Of a stretch of 64,000 bases of DNA, positions 62,269 through 64,000 are shown one piece after another. Under the pieces are notes generated by a model. It was not told the origin of the DNA and searched no databases. It saw only the letters and a program-made list of their open reading frames with translations. The translations under genes and the position numbers were made by a program. Position 1 is the first letter of the stretch, and each line of letters begins with the position of its first letter. This DNA comes from Botryllus schlosseri (Eukaryota). The stretch lies in contig CM119380.1 in assembly GCA_051294905.1 (NCBI GenBank), forward strand, positions 22,878,001-22,942,000. The letters are read 5' to 3'.

Positions 62269-63262
62269 TATCAGCAACTACTGCATATCGAGAGTCAATG
62301 GAGTGTTTGCTTCTGTTTCAAGATGTCTTACGTAGCTATGGGAATGCGGGTGCTTATTTATGAATAGCGTGGTGGGATCATGATACTTTACGAACTGTAC
62401 TTCAAAGGCCCACTAATTTACCGCATCGGCTTTGAAAGACGTTTGCATGTTTGTTTTATATACACACAATATTGGATTTTCCTGCACTACGAGTAAGATT
62501 GTTTTTATATTCTCAGACAAAAGAACTTTTGCCGCTGCAGCTTGATCAACGACGGTACGCTTGAATGACTATATCAGTTTACTGACCCGACGTCCGTGTG
62601 AAGACGATGCGAAATACCTTGCTGCTTCCGTGACTGATTCTGTACGTGTGACCATGTTGCTTTTCCCAGTATTGAATAGTCAGCAATCTATACGCAAGTT
62701 GAAATGTCTGTTACAAATTGTGACGCAATCCATAGCATAGTACCGCTAAGATGAAGGCTATTCTCACCTGTCAGGATCGTTCACGGAGTCGAACAATCTG
62801 CACCTCCACTCAGCGAGCTTTGTAAACAAGAATGTGAGTGATTCACCGAATCGAGTCGTTCTTGACTGATTCATTAGAATCGAATAAGGGTCAAACTTCT
62901 TCATCCATATGGACGCAGTAAGCATAAAGTTATGAAATATATCATCATTGGTTTATATGTAATCGGGTTCATCAATTTTGAGCAAATATGACTTGTTATT
63001 TCTAATAACAATCACAGATTAGAAACTAGGTCACGTCGTGATATTGTAGAAAGGTTTTATCGTAAGCACGTGCTTGACGCACTGAGCTATATAAACGGCA
63101 GTCAGCTAGCGTCTGTTCTTTTGTCATATTTTGTACCATCGGAGGGCGTCTTCGTATAACTAAGGTCTGTTGTCGTGCGACTATAGAGTATGACATATGT
63201 CATACTCTATAGTGCGACTCATAAACTGATCGGACACTGAACCAGTATAGGACACGGACACT

Positions 63263-64000
63263 ATGAAACAAGTGGTCAGTTCCCTTCGAATTGTCTATGC
63301 CAAGTCGGGTGCCTGCGATAACCTAACCGTTGACATCGCTGGTCAACCAATTTCAAACACTAAAAATGCCAAATACCTTGGTGTTTTACTGGATTCGGAC
63401 ATGTCCTGGAAGAGTCACATACAATCACTCAAACCACAACTATCGAAGGTATGTGGTCTATTTCGCCGCCTTAGCTACACTCTGCCAGTCTGCGTGCTGT
63501 TGATACTCTTCAACACTCTATTCCTATCAAAGTTACAATACGGAATTCTTTGTTGGGGTGCGGCCTGCAAGAATACAATTGACCCACTGCAAAAACTTCA
63601 ACATCGGCTCATCCGTATCATTGCCAAAGCCCCACGGGGGCCTGGATGTGCAACTGACAATCGCTTTTTAAAAGATTTGGTGTTCTAAACTTAGAAGATA
63701 TGAGGAAGCTAGAAATTGCCAAGTTTATGTATCAGTTCCATTGCGGTCAATGTTCCTCAAATTTCAACGACTACTTCACCTCCGAGACAAAAGCTCACAA
63801 GTACAGCACACGCGCATCAACGAAGAACAACTACCATATGATCAGGACTGAACACAAGAAAACGCATTGCTCTATCAAGTATGCCGGACCCCAATTGTGG
63901 AACAGCATCTCGCCGGCTATCCGACAGTCGTCGAGCATGTCGGCATTCAAGTCGAAATACAAGCAATTTCTTCTAAATCAATACTAGCCAGTCTTCAGGA
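63263..64000 (+). pseudogene. LINE ORF2 3' part (RT thumb and C-terminus) with a frameshift
   Basis: NAKYLGVLLDSDMSWKSHIQ..LSKVCGLFRRL..LSKLQYGILCWG..LQKLQHRLIRII. A one-base frameshift in the tttttaaaag run near 63665 is followed by LNLEDMRKLEIAKFMYQF..WNSISP..FKSKYKQFLL*. Confidence 0.85.

Overview
Intron-rich animal genomic DNA with GT-AG introns, many about 60 nt long. The source is plausibly an ascidian or another invertebrate deuterostome; this is inference and was not checked. Five protein-coding genes were rebuilt by hand from splice-phase-consistent exons. (1) The 3' part of a SETD1A/B (Set1) H3K4 methyltransferase gene (+, 1-17518). (2) A secreted or GPI-type protein made only of an MMP-like hemopexin domain (+, 19573-25696). 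(3) A CRELD gene (-, 30399-27419) with two alternative C-termini, a transmembrane one ending HREL and a soluble one ending KSEL. (4) A semaphorin (-, 46837-40381) with Sema and PSI domains followed by an unrecognised ~466-aa tail. (5) An ornithine-decarboxylase-fold enzyme (-, about 62268-55776) whose substrate-binding acidic residues are replaced. Introns and intergenic DNA contain many hAT-like MITEs with 8-bp target-site duplications (TSDs), foldback elements, two tRNA-derived SINE families, LINE 3' fragments, and a dispersed repeat carrying a minimal hammerhead-ribozyme-like motif. All family assignments come from motif recall; no database search was run.
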